From Nitrospirota bacterium (GTDB taxonomy: Bacteria; Nitrospirota; Nitrospiria; Nitrospirales; Nitrospiraceae), in NCBI GenBank assembly GCA_963703955.1, contig CAVPGK010000015.1, positions 1 to 64,000 of the forward strand: 64,000 bases of DNA, in the 5' to 3' direction. Both the position numbers and the translations under genes were made by a program. This document shows, in pieces, positions 21,717 to 31,538 of the stretch (positions are counted from its first letter, which is position 1; every line of letters starts with the position of its first letter). Below the pieces are notes generated by a model, which was not told the DNA's origin, did no database searches, and saw nothing but the letters and a program-made list of their open reading frames with translations.

Positions 21717-22850
21717 ATGCCGCATGATTTCATGCCGGGGTTGGCGGGTGTGCCCGCCGCCAAGTCCGGAGTCAGCGACGTGAATGGCGAACGGGGCATT
21801 TTGGAATACCGCGGTATTCGGATCGAAGATCTGTGCGCGCAGTCTTCGTTTCTCGAAACAACCTACCTTCTGCTGTTCGACCGTCTGCCGACCCGATCCG
21901 AACTGGCGAAGTTTGTCCGCGATATCACCGTTCATCGTCGCATCAAATTCCGAATCGTGGATCTCATCAAATGCCTGCCCGAGCAGGGTCATCCCATGGA
22001 TGCCCTGCAAGCCGCCGTTGCGGCGCTCGGCATGTTCTATCCGGGTCGGAACGTCACTGACATGGAGAATAATTACTGGTCAGCCGTGAGGCTGGTCGCG
22101 AAACTCCCCACGATCGTCGCGGCGTATGCGCGTCTTCGCCGTGGCGATGACTACATCCCCCCGCGCGACGACCTGAGCTTCTCCGAAAACTTCCTGTACA
22201 TGCTGACCGAACAGGTTCCCGAGGCTGTCTGGACGAACACCCTCGATGCATGTCTAGTTCTGCACGCGGAGCATACGATGAATGCGTCGACATTCACCGG
22301 ATTGGTGACAGCCTCGACCCTCGCCGACCCTTACACCGTTGTCGCCTCGTCCATCGGGGCGCTGAAGGGCCCACTGCACGGAGGGGCCAACGAAGAAGTG
22401 GTTCAAATGCTTCGGGCCATTGGGACCCCGGCACGCGTACGGTCGTATGTCGAGGAAAAGTTGAAGGCCAACGAAAAGATCATGGGATTCGGCCATCGGG
22501 TCTATAAGATCAAAGATCCTCGCGCCACGATCCTTCAACAGCTGTCCGAACGCCTGTTCAAAGAGTGTGGGACGTCGCCGCTCTACGAGGTCGCCCTAGA
22601 GATGGAACGCGTGGTGACGGATGTACTGAGAGGAAAGAACGTGTATCCCAACGTGGACTTTTACTCAGGGATCATCTATGACAAGATGGGGATTGACGTG
22701 GATTTCTTTACGCCCATCTTTGCGATGGCACGAGTGGTGGGCTGGTTGGCTCACTGGTTCGAACAGCTCAGAGAGAACAAACTATTTCGGCCGGAACAGA
22801 TTTATGATGGCGAGCACGATAAACCGTATGTCCCCATCGAAGAGCGCTAA
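21717..22850 (+). CDS. gltA: Citrate synthase
   Basis: GILEYRG, LHAEHTMNAST, GPLHGGANE, GFGHRVYKIKDPRA, YPNVDFYSG. Confidence 0.95.
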   Translation: MPHDFMPGLAGVPAAKSGVSDVNGERGILEYRGIRIEDLCAQSSFLETTYLLLFDRLPTRSELAKFVRDITVHRRIKFRIVDLIKCLPEQGHPMDALQAAVAALGMFYPGRNVTDMENNYWSAVRLVAKLPTIVAAYARLRRGDDYIPPRDDLSFSENFLYMLTEQVPEAVWTNTLDACLVLHAEHTMNASTFTGLVTASTLADPYTVVASSIGALKGPLHGGANEEVVQMLRAIGTPARVRSYVEEKLKANEKIMGFGHRVYKIKDPRATILQQLSERLFKECGTSPLYEVALEMERVVTDVLRGKNVYPNVDFYSGIIYDKMGIDVDFFTPIFAMARVVGWLAHWFEQLRENKLFRPEQIYDGEHDKPYVPIEER

Positions 22851-22918
22851 GTATTACAGGATGCTGAAAACGTCCCCACCTCGTTCTTGGTTGCCGCGAA
22901 GTCCTTACAATTTGCAGC

Positions 22919-23008
22919 CTATTCAAACAGACACAGGAATCTCCAAATGATGACAGCGACGGCTGCGCAGACGCCAAGCACTGCGCCCATCGCGATGAGT
23001 TCCATCAT
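22919..23008 (-). CDS. Unannotated 29-aa single-TM protein MMELIAMGAVLGVCAAVAVIIWRFLCLFE
   Basis: AGGAGG 6 nt before ATG; one hydrophobic helix; below the ORF-track cutoff. Confidence 0.6.
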   Translation of the reverse strand: MMELIAMGAVLGVCAAVAVIIWRFLCLFE

Positions 23009-23230
23009 TGTCTACCTCCTCTTAGTCACCTGAAAAGAACCCCACCCGGCTTCGCCGACTGATCGGTCTCTGATCCTGCCTTTCCATAGTGGAGAACGCG
23101 AGGGCAAGCAAAGTCAAGCGGTGCCAGCGCCCCTTGACTGAGGCTCAAAGAGGATTATCTACACACCGAAGCATGGGCGAGACCAAGTCAGAACATGAAC
23201 TGTGAATCGTGAAGAAAGAGGAGGTGGCAC

Positions 23231-23680
23231 ATGAACATCGTTCGTTGGGATCCATTTCGGGAATTGGAGGAAATGTCGGAGCGGCTCAATCGGGTGATGG
23301 GAAGACCGTCTACGCGCCGGGACAACGGCAAGGAAACACTCACTGTGGCCGATTGGGTTCCCAGTGTCGACATTAGTGAAAATGGGGGCGAGTACTTCAT
23401 TAAGGCGGAATTGCCGGAAGTGAACAAGGATGACGTCAAAATCACACTCGAGGACGGCGTGCTGACCATCCAGGGCGAGCGCAGGCAGGAGAAGGAAGAA
23501 AAAGGCAGGAAGTACCATCGCATCGAACGATCCTATGGAACCTTTGTCCGAAGCTTTACCTTACCGGATTCTGTGGATGAGGGGAAGGTGTCGGCGGAAT
23601 TCAAGGACGGAATCTTGAACCTGCGCCTGCCTAAGACTGAAAAGGCGAAGCCGAAGGCGATTGAGGTGAAGCTCGCCTAA
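23231..23680 (+). CDS. Hsp20/alpha-crystallin small heat shock protein
   Basis: RWDPFRELEE, WVPSVDISE, AELPEV, IERSYGTFVRSFTLP, DGILNLRLPK; SD GGAGG. Confidence 0.96.
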   Translation: MNIVRWDPFRELEEMSERLNRVMGRPSTRRDNGKETLTVADWVPSVDISENGGEYFIKAELPEVNKDDVKITLEDGVLTIQGERRQEKEEKGRKYHRIERSYGTFVRSFTLPDSVDEGKVSAEFKDGILNLRLPKTEKAKPKAIEVKLA

Positions 23681-23728
23681 CACGAGCACGTTTTCGCGCA
23701 GTTTAGAGTTCCAGAAGGAGGCGACTGT

Positions 23729-23890
23729 ATGATGGACATCAGCTCTGTTGTCGATGCAAGCTTGGCGTTGATAGGAATGATGGCGGCGTTGGGAATGGGA
23801 TTGGCGACCATGTCCCTGCAGTCAGCTCAGTCCAAGTCCACGACGTCCGAGCACCGTTCAACGTCCGATCAGTTACGCCACGCCGCCTAA
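23729..23890 (+). CDS. Unannotated 53-aa single-TM protein ending LRHAA
   Basis: AAGGAGG SD; MMDISSVVDASLALIGMMAALGMGLATMSLQSAQSKSTTSEHRSTSDQLRHAA; followed by a terminator hairpin. Confidence 0.65.
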   Translation: MMDISSVVDASLALIGMMAALGMGLATMSLQSAQSKSTTSEHRSTSDQLRHAA

Positions 23891-23920
23891 CCAGCGTGTG
23901 GGAATGCGAGAGTGTCACTG

Positions 23921-23947
23921 AAAGGCCCATCGACTCGATGGGCCTTT
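23921..23947. terminator. Intrinsic terminator-like hairpin
   Basis: AAAGGCCCATCG-act-CGATGGGCCTTT perfect 12-bp inverted repeat. Confidence 0.75.
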
Positions 23948-24010
23948 CCCTGCCTGCGTCCTTTTTTTCCATTTCGGCCATGCTGCGTTATGAAAAGGGA
24001 TGCGTATGAC

Positions 24011-24213
24011 TTGAGCCGCTCAACTTCCCGACCGCACCCTACGAGTCTTTCATCAGAAAGAACTCGGTAGGGTGCTCAAACTACCAGCACTCACTTATCG
24101 GCCAACACGCCCCACATCACCATCCTGAAATGACTGACCGTCAAGAAAAACCCACCAATACTGAGGTGTTGGAAGGTTCTGCGGGAGGTGGTCAAGTATG
24201 GTGAGCGGTTCAA
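24011..24213 (+). ncRNA. Candidate structured non-coding RNA (family unknown)
   Basis: 24011-24022 pairs with 24202-24213 and 24023-24030 with 24182-24189 (G-U pairs work on the + strand); internal hairpin 24034-24075. Confidence 0.3.
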
Positions 24214-24396
24214 ACCGATGGTGACTGGTTGACCTCTAAGCCATACCGGTTCCAGATCACAGTCGGTTACGAGAAACCAGGGCAGAGAGACGATTCCTCT
24301 GATGCTCAAAAAGCCTTGTGCGCGAACGCTTGATCAACTATGATGGGCGCCACCACGGTCGTATGGATCTCATCTTCGCGACGAAAGGAGGCACTC

Positions 24397-24720
24397 ATGC
24401 CTGTCTACGTTAGCTTGGTGAAATTTACCGAGCAGGGAATTTCCACGATGAAGCAGCAGGGCATCGCCCGTTCGGATGCGGTGCAGCGGAATGTAGAATC
24501 CTTGGGCGGACAATTGCTGGACGCCTATTACTGCCTCGGAGAATACGACGTTGTGGCCATTCTTGAGTTTCCAAATAACAGCGCGGCGATGAAAGCGGCT
24601 GTCCTCAATTCGTCGATGGGGCACATCAAGATTACGACGATGCCGGCCGTATCCCGAGGAGAGTGGCGATCGTTGCTCCAGGAGGTCTGGTCATCGAAGT
24701 CGAAGTCCAGGTCGAAATAA
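24397..24720 (+). CDS. GYD domain protein
   Basis: YVSLVKFTEQG, GGQL..YYCLGEYDVVAILEFP, TTMPA; SD AAGGAGG. Confidence 0.88.
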   Translation: MPVYVSLVKFTEQGISTMKQQGIARSDAVQRNVESLGGQLLDAYYCLGEYDVVAILEFPNNSAAMKAAVLNSSMGHIKITTMPAVSRGEWRSLLQEVWSSKSKSRSK

Positions 24721-24751
24721 CGACACAAGGCGCAGAAATCTTCAACACGAT

Positions 24752-26266
24752 GTGAACACGGGGACGAACGTGGCCAGCAAAGCGAAGCCAGCCAAGGGGA
24801 GAGGGGTCAAGAATGGGCATGAGACGCTAAGAAGCGACCAGCCGGAACATCACACCGCGTCAGGAAAAGCCATGCGAATGGAACGAGACACCATGGGGGA
24901 GTTGGCGGTGCCCGCCGACGCGTATTACGGTGTGCAGACGGCTCGCGCCGTAGAGAATTTTCCCATCAGCGATCTTCGGTTCCCACGCTCCTTTATCCGG
25001 GCGATGGGATTAATCAAGTGGGCCTCCGCCACGGTGAACCTCTCGCTCGGTCTTTTGGATAGGAAGATCGCCGATGCCATTCTGAAGGCGAGCCGTGAGG
25101 TCGTGGACGGGCGGTGGGATGAGCAATTTCCGCTCGACATTTTTCAAACAGGGTCGGGCACGTCCACCAATATGAATGCCAATGAGGTGATCGCCAATCG
25201 GGCCTCGGAACTGCTGGGCGGCGCGCGCGGGAGCAAACTCGTCCATCCGAACGACCATGTGAACTTGGGGCAGTCCAGCAACGACGTGATTCCCACGGCG
25301 ATTCACATCGCAGCTGTGGAGCTAATGGAACAGGATCTCATCCCGTCATTGACTCGTCTTCACGCCGCCTTGGCCAAGAAAGCGACCACGTTCGATAAGG
25401 TGGTCAAGATCGGACGCACACATCTTCAAGATGCGACACCCATCCGGCTGGGACAGGAGTTCAGCGGCTATGCACGTCAGATGGAACTCGGACTGGCTCG
25501 GGTCCGACGCGCTGAGGATGTGTTGAGCGAGGTGGCCCTTGGCGGAACGGCCGTGGGGACCGGCCTCAATGCGCACCCGGATTTTGCCAAGCAGGTTCTT
25601 GCCTTATTGTCAAAGGAAGTCAGACGCCCTTTCAAAGAGGCCACGAATCATTTCGAAGCTCAGTCCACACAGGACTCAGTGGTCGAAGCCAGCGGTGAGC
25701 TCCGTACGATCGCCGTCAGCTTGATGAAAATGGCCAATGACATCCGGTGGCTGGGGTCCGGACCTCGGTGCGGCCTGGGCGAAATCATTCTGCCCGAGAC
25801 CCAGCCGGGATCGTCGATCATGCCGGGCAAGGTGAATCCCGTCATTGCGGAATCGGTTACGATGGTGGCAGCGCAGGTGATGGGAAATGACGTGACCATT
25901 ACAATCGCGGGACAGGCGGCGAACTTTGAATTGATCGTCATGTTGCCGGTGATGGCTTATAACCTGCTGCAATCGATCGAACTTCTGGGCCGTGCATCCA
26001 ACAACTTCGCGGTGCGTTGTATTGAAGGATTGGCTGCGGATGAGGTACGTTGCAAGAATTACATCGAACAGAGTCTCGCCATGTGCACCGCCCTAGCGCC
26101 TGTGATCGGCTATGAGGCGGCGGCTAAGATCGCCAAGGAGGCGTATCAAACCGGGCGGACGGTTCGCGAAGTGGCGCGCAGCCGCCAGGTCTTGCCTGAA
26201 GCCAAGCTCAACGCCCTGATGGACCCATGGCGAATGACGGAGCCGGGCGAGCCCATGACTGACTAG
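24752..26266 (+). CDS. fumC: Class II fumarate hydratase
   Basis: ERDTMG, YYGVQTARA, QTGSGTSTNMNANEV, GRTHLQDA, GSSIMPGKVNP; start uncertain. Confidence 0.93.
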   Translation: MNTGTNVASKAKPAKGRGVKNGHETLRSDQPEHHTASGKAMRMERDTMGELAVPADAYYGVQTARAVENFPISDLRFPRSFIRAMGLIKWASATVNLSLGLLDRKIADAILKASREVVDGRWDEQFPLDIFQTGSGTSTNMNANEVIANRASELLGGARGSKLVHPNDHVNLGQSSNDVIPTAIHIAAVELMEQDLIPSLTRLHAALAKKATTFDKVVKIGRTHLQDATPIRLGQEFSGYARQMELGLARVRRAEDVLSEVALGGTAVGTGLNAHPDFAKQVLALLSKEVRRPFKEATNHFEAQSTQDSVVEASGELRTIAVSLMKMANDIRWLGSGPRCGLGEIILPETQPGSSIMPGKVNPVIAESVTMVAAQVMGNDVTITIAGQAANFELIVMLPVMAYNLLQSIELLGRASNNFAVRCIEGLAADEVRCKNYIEQSLAMCTALAPVIGYEAAAKIAKEAYQTGRTVREVARSRQVLPEAKLNALMDPWRMTEPGEPMTD

Positions 26267-26400
26267 GCACATGGTCCGCGACCGTTTACCAAAGCGGCAT
26301 GTTTTTGACAATTCAGCGAGACGTATGCTAATGTCCGCAAAACTTTTGGCTGGGTCAACGCTCCAATTGCGGATGACCACGGTTAGAGGAAAAGGGAGAC

Positions 26401-27801
26401 ATGTCGACAGAAACTTCCACCCACACGCTTCGTGCTCATCTTGTCATCGTAGTCGGGGCAGGCCCTGCGGGTATGGCGCTGGCCAACCTGGTGTCCAAAG
26501 CTGGACATGACGTGGTCATCCTCAACCGAGATATCAAATTTGGGGGGTTGGCCGAATACGGGATCTTCCCGAGCAAGCTGAAATTACGCGGCGGGTTGCG
26601 CAAGACCTACTGGGAGATTCTGGAGCGGCCCAATGTCCATTATTTCGGGAATGTGTCCGTCGGCAACAACAAAGATCTGACCATCGACGATCTAAGAAAC
26701 CTTGGCGCCAGCGCCCTCGTCTTTGCGACGGGCGCACAGGGAACGAAAACGATTGGAGTGGAGGGTGAGACGGCCATCGGTGTCTACCACGCAAAGGATG
26801 TGGTCTACCACTTCAACCGGCTTCCTGGTTTCAGCGAACGGCCGTTCGACATGGGTCGTCGGGTCGCCGTAATCGGCGTCGGCGATGTCATGGTGGACGT
26901 TGCTCATTGGCTCACTCGATACAAACAGGTCGAACAGGTGACGGCGGTCGCCAGGCGCGGCCCTGCGGAGCGAAAATATAACCCGAAAGAGATCCGCGCC
27001 GTCTGCGACAACATCGATCGCCAGGCCTTGAGACAGGAGTTCGACCGTATTCGCGCTCGTCTCGAAGCAGCTGGACAAGATCCGGATAAGATCCTCAAGG
27101 AGATGACGGATGATTTCACAAAGTGTGAACCGACTTCCAGCCAAAGCAAGATGGGATTCCGCTTTCTAGCGTCTCCCCGCCGGGTGTTGAGCGACGGTCA
27201 GAATCGGGTACGGGCTCTGGAAGTCGAAGAGACAAAGCTTGAACCCAAAGGGCAGGATTTTTCGGCGGTCGGGCTCAAACAGTATTACGAGTTCCCGTGC
27301 GACAGCGTGGTATTCGCCGTGGGAGATCGAGTGGATGAAACGCTGGGCCTACCTTATAAGAATGGAGCGTTTATCACCAACCCATCGTCGACGGGCAACG
27401 ATCCGGACGATGCATTGTTTCAGGCTTATGATGAAAAGTCCGGTAGGATCGTGGAGGGCGTGTTCCTGACGGGGTGGGCTCGCAAAGCGAGTGAAGGGTT
27501 AGTCGGCATCGCCAAGCGGGACGGGGAGTGGTGCGCCGAAGTATTGATGCGCTATCTGGAATCCCAGGGACTCCGGGACCGGGGCCAGATCGACGGCACC
27601 ATTCGTCGCTTGCGGATGTTGCTCGATGAACGCAAGGTGCGCGCCATTCGAGCCGAGGGCCTCCGCATCCTCGAAGCCTCCGAAAAAGAACATCGCGACA
27701 CCCGCGACTGCATCGGCGAGTTTAAGTTTGCCACCAATCAAGAAATGCTTGCACTCATCCAGCGCACGCGTGAGCGCTCCGAGACGGCAGCCGCACGCTA
27801 G
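26401..27801 (+). CDS. FAD-dependent oxidoreductase, ferredoxin-NADP+ reductase (adrenodoxin reductase-like)
   Basis: VVGAGPAG, GGLAEYGI, ATGA, VIGVGDV, ARRGP, FLASP, GWARKASEG. Confidence 0.8.
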   Translation: MSTETSTHTLRAHLVIVVGAGPAGMALANLVSKAGHDVVILNRDIKFGGLAEYGIFPSKLKLRGGLRKTYWEILERPNVHYFGNVSVGNNKDLTIDDLRNLGASALVFATGAQGTKTIGVEGETAIGVYHAKDVVYHFNRLPGFSERPFDMGRRVAVIGVGDVMVDVAHWLTRYKQVEQVTAVARRGPAERKYNPKEIRAVCDNIDRQALRQEFDRIRARLEAAGQDPDKILKEMTDDFTKCEPTSSQSKMGFRFLASPRRVLSDGQNRVRALEVEETKLEPKGQDFSAVGLKQYYEFPCDSVVFAVGDRVDETLGLPYKNGAFITNPSSTGNDPDDALFQAYDEKSGRIVEGVFLTGWARKASEGLVGIAKRDGEWCAEVLMRYLESQGLRDRGQIDGTIRRLRMLLDERKVRAIRAEGLRILEASEKEHRDTRDCIGEFKFATNQEMLALIQRTRERSETAAAR

Positions 27802-28652
27802 CCATCCCCCCACTTCAGCTTTCGTCTCAGGACATCGTAGTACGTCCGGTCGGGAAACCTGATCAACTGCGTCAGATGATCCGACGCGCTCATGGTGACG
27901 GCATCCCCCTGTGTCATGGCCACGCCGACCTGGCCATCGAAGGTGGTCATGGCTCCTTCGTCTTTGCCGGTCAGCATGACTTCCAAGCTGACGCCGCTGG
28001 GAATCAGCAGCGGACGGTGCGTCAAGGTGTGTGGACAGATGGGAGTCAGAATCAACGCTTGGACGGAAGGATTGATGATAGGGCCTCCGGCGGACAGCGA
28101 ATAGGCCGTGGACCCGGTCGGCGTGGACACAATCAACCCGTCTCCTCTCAGTCGAGTCACGAACTGACCGTCGATCGCGATTTGAATTTCGATCATGCGC
28201 GCGAGCGTGCCCTTGCTGATGACCACATCGTTCAAAACCGTCGCATGCGCAACGTACTCGCCGTGTCGGTCGATTCGAGCGCGCAGCATGAGCCGTTCTT
28301 CGAGGTGATATTCTCCTGCGAAGACTTTTTCGAGCGAAGGGTACAGTTGATCGAGGCTCGCTTCCGTGAGAAATCCCAGCCCTCCCATGTTGACGCCCAG
28401 AATGGGGATCCTTCGCTCCTCCACCAGCCGAGCCGCGTTCAACATCGTCCCATCACCGCCCAAAACGAGCAGCATGTCGGCGAGCGCGGCAATGTGAGGT
28501 TTCTGATACGTTGCCGACTCACCGATCAGCGCAGCGGTCTTGTTGTCAAGGACAATGTCTTTCTGACGCTCTCGCAACCATGAGACGAGGTCTTTCAGAA
28601 TAGGTTTGACGTCGGGAAATTTTGGCTTGGTGAGAATACCGATGGTTTTCAT
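27798..28652 (-). CDS. nadK: NAD kinase
   Basis: LGGDGT, GVNMGGLGFL, LNDVVI, DGLIVSTPTGSTAYSLSAGGP. Confidence 0.96.
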   Translation of the reverse strand: MKTIGILTKPKFPDVKPILKDLVSWLRERQKDIVLDNKTAALIGESATYQKPHIAALADMLLVLGGDGTMLNAARLVEERRIPILGVNMGGLGFLTEASLDQLYPSLEKVFAGEYHLEERLMLRARIDRHGEYVAHATVLNDVVISKGTLARMIEIQIAIDGQFVTRLRGDGLIVSTPTGSTAYSLSAGGPIINPSVQALILTPICPHTLTHRPLLIPSGVSLEVMLTGKDEGAMTTFDGQVGVAMTQGDAVTMSASDHLTQLIRFPDRTYYDVLRRKLKWGDG

Positions 28653-28803
28653 GTCTCAACCTGCTGGTCTTTCGTTGACCAGAAATAGCGGTAGGAACAG
28701 AGCCGATACGAAGTGGAACGCGATTGTATCGACACACGGTCCTGGTGTCAATGCAACCTGTTTCAATCGACAACGACAGTGCGCGTTTGCGTTTCTCTGG
28801 GCC

Positions 28804-28832
28804 TTGACACACCAATATCAGGTCGATAGAAT
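28804..28832 (+). promoter_or_regulatory. Sigma70 promoter of clpC
   Basis: TTGACA-17 nt-TAGAAT. Confidence 0.75.
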
Positions 28833-28902
28833 TACAGCAGGATTTTCGAAGAGTTGCTGAAGTTGAGCGTCGTGTCTTCGGCCGCCCCACAAAGGAGGAA
28901 GG

Positions 28903-31332
28903 ATGTTCGAACGATTCACGGATAAGGGTCGCAAGATCATCATCCTGGCGAGAGAGGAAGCTGAACGTCACCAGAACGATTACCTGGGGACCGAGCACCT
29001 GGTCTTAGCTATTCTCCGTGAATCGGATGGCATTGCCCTCATGATCATTAAGAAGATGGGGCTGTCTTCCGAGCAGATTCGTCTTGAGATTGAACGCAAT
29101 CTCCCCGGCGGGGGGACTACGATGACCTTCGGCGAGATTCCGTTCAGTCCCCGCGTTAAGAAAGTCATTGAATATGGCGTCGAGGAAGCCCGGCTCCTCG
29201 GGCACAATCATATCGGCGGAGAACATCTCCTCTTAGGGCTGTTGCGCGAGGAAGAAGGGATCGGCGGCAAGATCCTCCGAAGCCTGGGCGCGAATCTCTT
29301 GACCGCTCGGCAATTGACCGTGACCTTCCTCCGCAAATCCGCTCCTCGCGAACGGGACCGGAAGAGTAACACCCCTGCGCTCGATGAATTCGGCCGCGAC
29401 CTCACCCAGTTGGCGCAGGAAGGCCAGTTGGATCCCGTGATCGGACGGGCTGACGAGATCGAACGGGTCCTGCAGATCCTGAGTCGTCGTACGAAGAACA
29501 ATCCCGTGCTGATCGGCGAATCCGGAGTCGGGAAGACGGCGATTGTGGAAGGGTTGGCGCAGCGTATCGTTCAGTCAGAGGTCCCCGATAACTTGCTCTC
29601 TCGCCGATTGATCGCCTTGGATCTCGGATCACTGGTCGCGGGCACGAAGTATCGCGGCCAATTTGAGGAACGCCTCAAGGTCGTGATGAAAGAGATCGTG
29701 CAGGCGGGGAACGTCATAATCTTTATCGATGAGCTCCATACCCTGGTGGGGGCAGGAGCGGCGGAGGGATCGATTGACGCGTCCAACATGCTGAAGCCGG
29801 CGCTATCTCGCGGGGAAATTCAGTGCATCGGGGCTACGACCCTCGACGAGTACCGTAAGCATATCGAAAAGGACGGGGCTCTCAAGCGCCGTTTTCAGCC
29901 CATCTACGTGCAACCGCCCAGCGTGGACGAAACGATTCGCATCATTCAGGGCCTTCGTGACCGGTACGAAGAGCACCACGGGGTCGAAATAACGGAAGAG
30001 TCCATTGTGGAGGCTGTGAAGCTGTCTGATCGCTATGTGACTGACCGGTTCCTCCCAGACAAAGCCATTGATTTGATCGATGAGACGGGCTCTCGGGCCA
30101 AGCTGCAAACATATGCGTTGCCCGGAGAGCTCAAAGCGCTCGAGCAGGAACTCAAGAAAGTGTCGCGCGAAAAAGAATTGGCGATCTCGTTGCAGAACTT
30201 TGAAGAAGCGGTGAGGTTCCGGGAGGAAGAAGAACGGCTCAGGAAGCTTCTGGACGAATCAAAGCGAGAGTGGAAGAAGAATCAGGAAAAAAATAGGCCA
30301 ATCATCACGAAAGAGGATGTGGCCTATGTCGTGTCCAAGATGACGGGCATTCCGCTCTTTAAATTGGAAGAAGAAGAGTCGCACAAGCTGCTCCATATGG
30401 AAGAATTTCTCCACAAGCGAATCGTGGGGCAGGAGGAGGCCATTTCAGCCGTCTGTCGGGCGATTCGGCGATCACGGGCTGGCCTCAAGGAAGCCAAGAA
30501 ACCCATCGGCTCGTTTATCTTTCTCGGGCCGACTGGAGTCGGAAAGACGGAACTCGCTCGCGCGCTGGCGGAATTTCTTTTCAACACGGAAGATGCCCTG
30601 GTCCGGATCGATATGTCCGAGTATCAGGAGAAGTTTACAAGCTCGCGTCTGTTCGGCGCGCCCCCAGGGTATGTCGGATATGAAGAGGGTGGGCAGTTGA
30701 CGGAACGGGTACGGCGGCGTCCGTATTCCGTCGTGCTGTTCGACGAGATAGAAAAAGCTCATCCGGACATCTTCAACGTGCTCCTCCAAGTGTTGGACGA
30801 CGGCGTCCTCACCGACAGCCTTGGCCGCAAAGTGGATTTCAAGAACACCGTCGTGATCATGACGTCCAATCTCGGGACCAAGCTGATTCAGAAAGGCGTC
30901 TCCCTTGGATTCCACCGGCCCGAGCAGAGCGAACAGAATCGCCGGATCAAAGATGACGTCTTGTCGGAGTTGCGCCGCTCGTTCAGCCCTGAGTTTCTCA
31001 ATCGAATCGATGAAATCGTCGTCTTCCACCAACTCGAGAAGGAGCATTTGATCAGTATCACGGATATCTTGATCAAGGAGTTGAATGCGCGGCTGCTCGA
31101 GCGTGGGGTGCAACTCGAAATCGGGGACGAGGTCAAACAATGGCTGATCCAAGAGGGGTACCAACCTCTCTATGGGGCGCGTCCGATGCGCCGGACGATC
31201 CAAAAGAATATCGGAGACCCGCTCTCCGAGGAACTTCTCAAAGGCCGCTTCAAGGATGCGAGAAAAGTTAAAGTGGTGCTCAGAGACAACTCACCCGTCT
31301 TTGTTGAAGAAGAGGCCATGGCTGGCGTGTAA
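28903..31332 (+). CDS. clpC: ATP-dependent Clp protease ATP-binding subunit ClpC
   Basis: MFERFT, Clp-N repeats, [11 protein letters not shown] coiled coil, [24 protein letters not shown]. Confidence 0.96.
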   Translation: MFERFTDKGRKIIILAREEAERHQNDYLGTEHLVLAILRESDGIALMIIKKMGLSSEQIRLEIERNLPGGGTTMTFGEIPFSPRVKKVIEYGVEEARLLGHNHIGGEHLLLGLLREEEGIGGKILRSLGANLLTARQLTVTFLRKSAPRERDRKSNTPALDEFGRDLTQLAQEGQLDPVIGRADEIERVLQILSRRTKNNPVLIGESGVGKTAIVEGLAQRIVQSEVPDNLLSRRLIALDLGSLVAGTKYRGQFEERLKVVMKEIVQAGNVIIFIDELHTLVGAGAAEGSIDASNMLKPALSRGEIQCIGATTLDEYRKHIEKDGALKRRFQPIYVQPPSVDETIRIIQGLRDRYEEHHGVEITEESIVEAVKLSDRYVTDRFLPDKAIDLIDETGSRAKLQTYALPGELKALEQELKKVSREKELAISLQNFEEAVRFREEEERLRKLLDESKREWKKNQEKNRPIITKEDVAYVVSKMTGIPLFKLEEEESHKLLHMEEFLHKRIVGQEEAISAVCRAIRRSRAGLKEAKKPIGSFIFLGPTGVGKTELARALAEFLFNTEDALVRIDMSEYQEKFTSSRLFGAPPGYVGYEEGGQLTERVRRRPYSVVLFDEIEKAHPDIFNVLLQVLDDGVLTDSLGRKVDFKNTVVIMTSNLGTKLIQKGVSLGFHRPEQSEQNRRIKDDVLSELRRSFSPEFLNRIDEIVVFHQLEKEHLISITDILIKELNARLLERGVQLEIGDEVKQWLIQEGYQPLYGARPMRRTIQKNIGDPLSEELLKGRFKDARKVKVVLRDNSPVFVEEEAMAGV

Positions 31333-31404
31333 GAGGGTCCATGACCTACGAGTGATCGTTGGGTTGGACCGGAAAGAACACAGTCTGAAATCAATACCAG
31401 AATT

Positions 31405-31438
31405 GACGGAACGACCCTCGCCCGAGGGTCGTTCCGTC
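31405..31438. terminator. Perfect hairpin downstream of clpC
   Basis: GACGGAACGACCCTCG-cc-CGAGGGTCGTTCCGTC; no clear U-tract. Confidence 0.6.
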
Positions 31439-31538
31439 TCATGACCACGTTTCGCGACTCCTTCGTCAGAGAGTTCTGTGGCTCCCTCCGATAGATTGAA
31501 TGATTGATCCGTCCTGTGCTCTACGTGAAAGCACGGTG

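Noticed and set aside
23120..23165. HrcA (CIRCE) or HspR (HAIR) operator upstream of hsp20
   Set aside because: CTTGACTGAGGCTCAAAG has the wrong spacing and only a partial match
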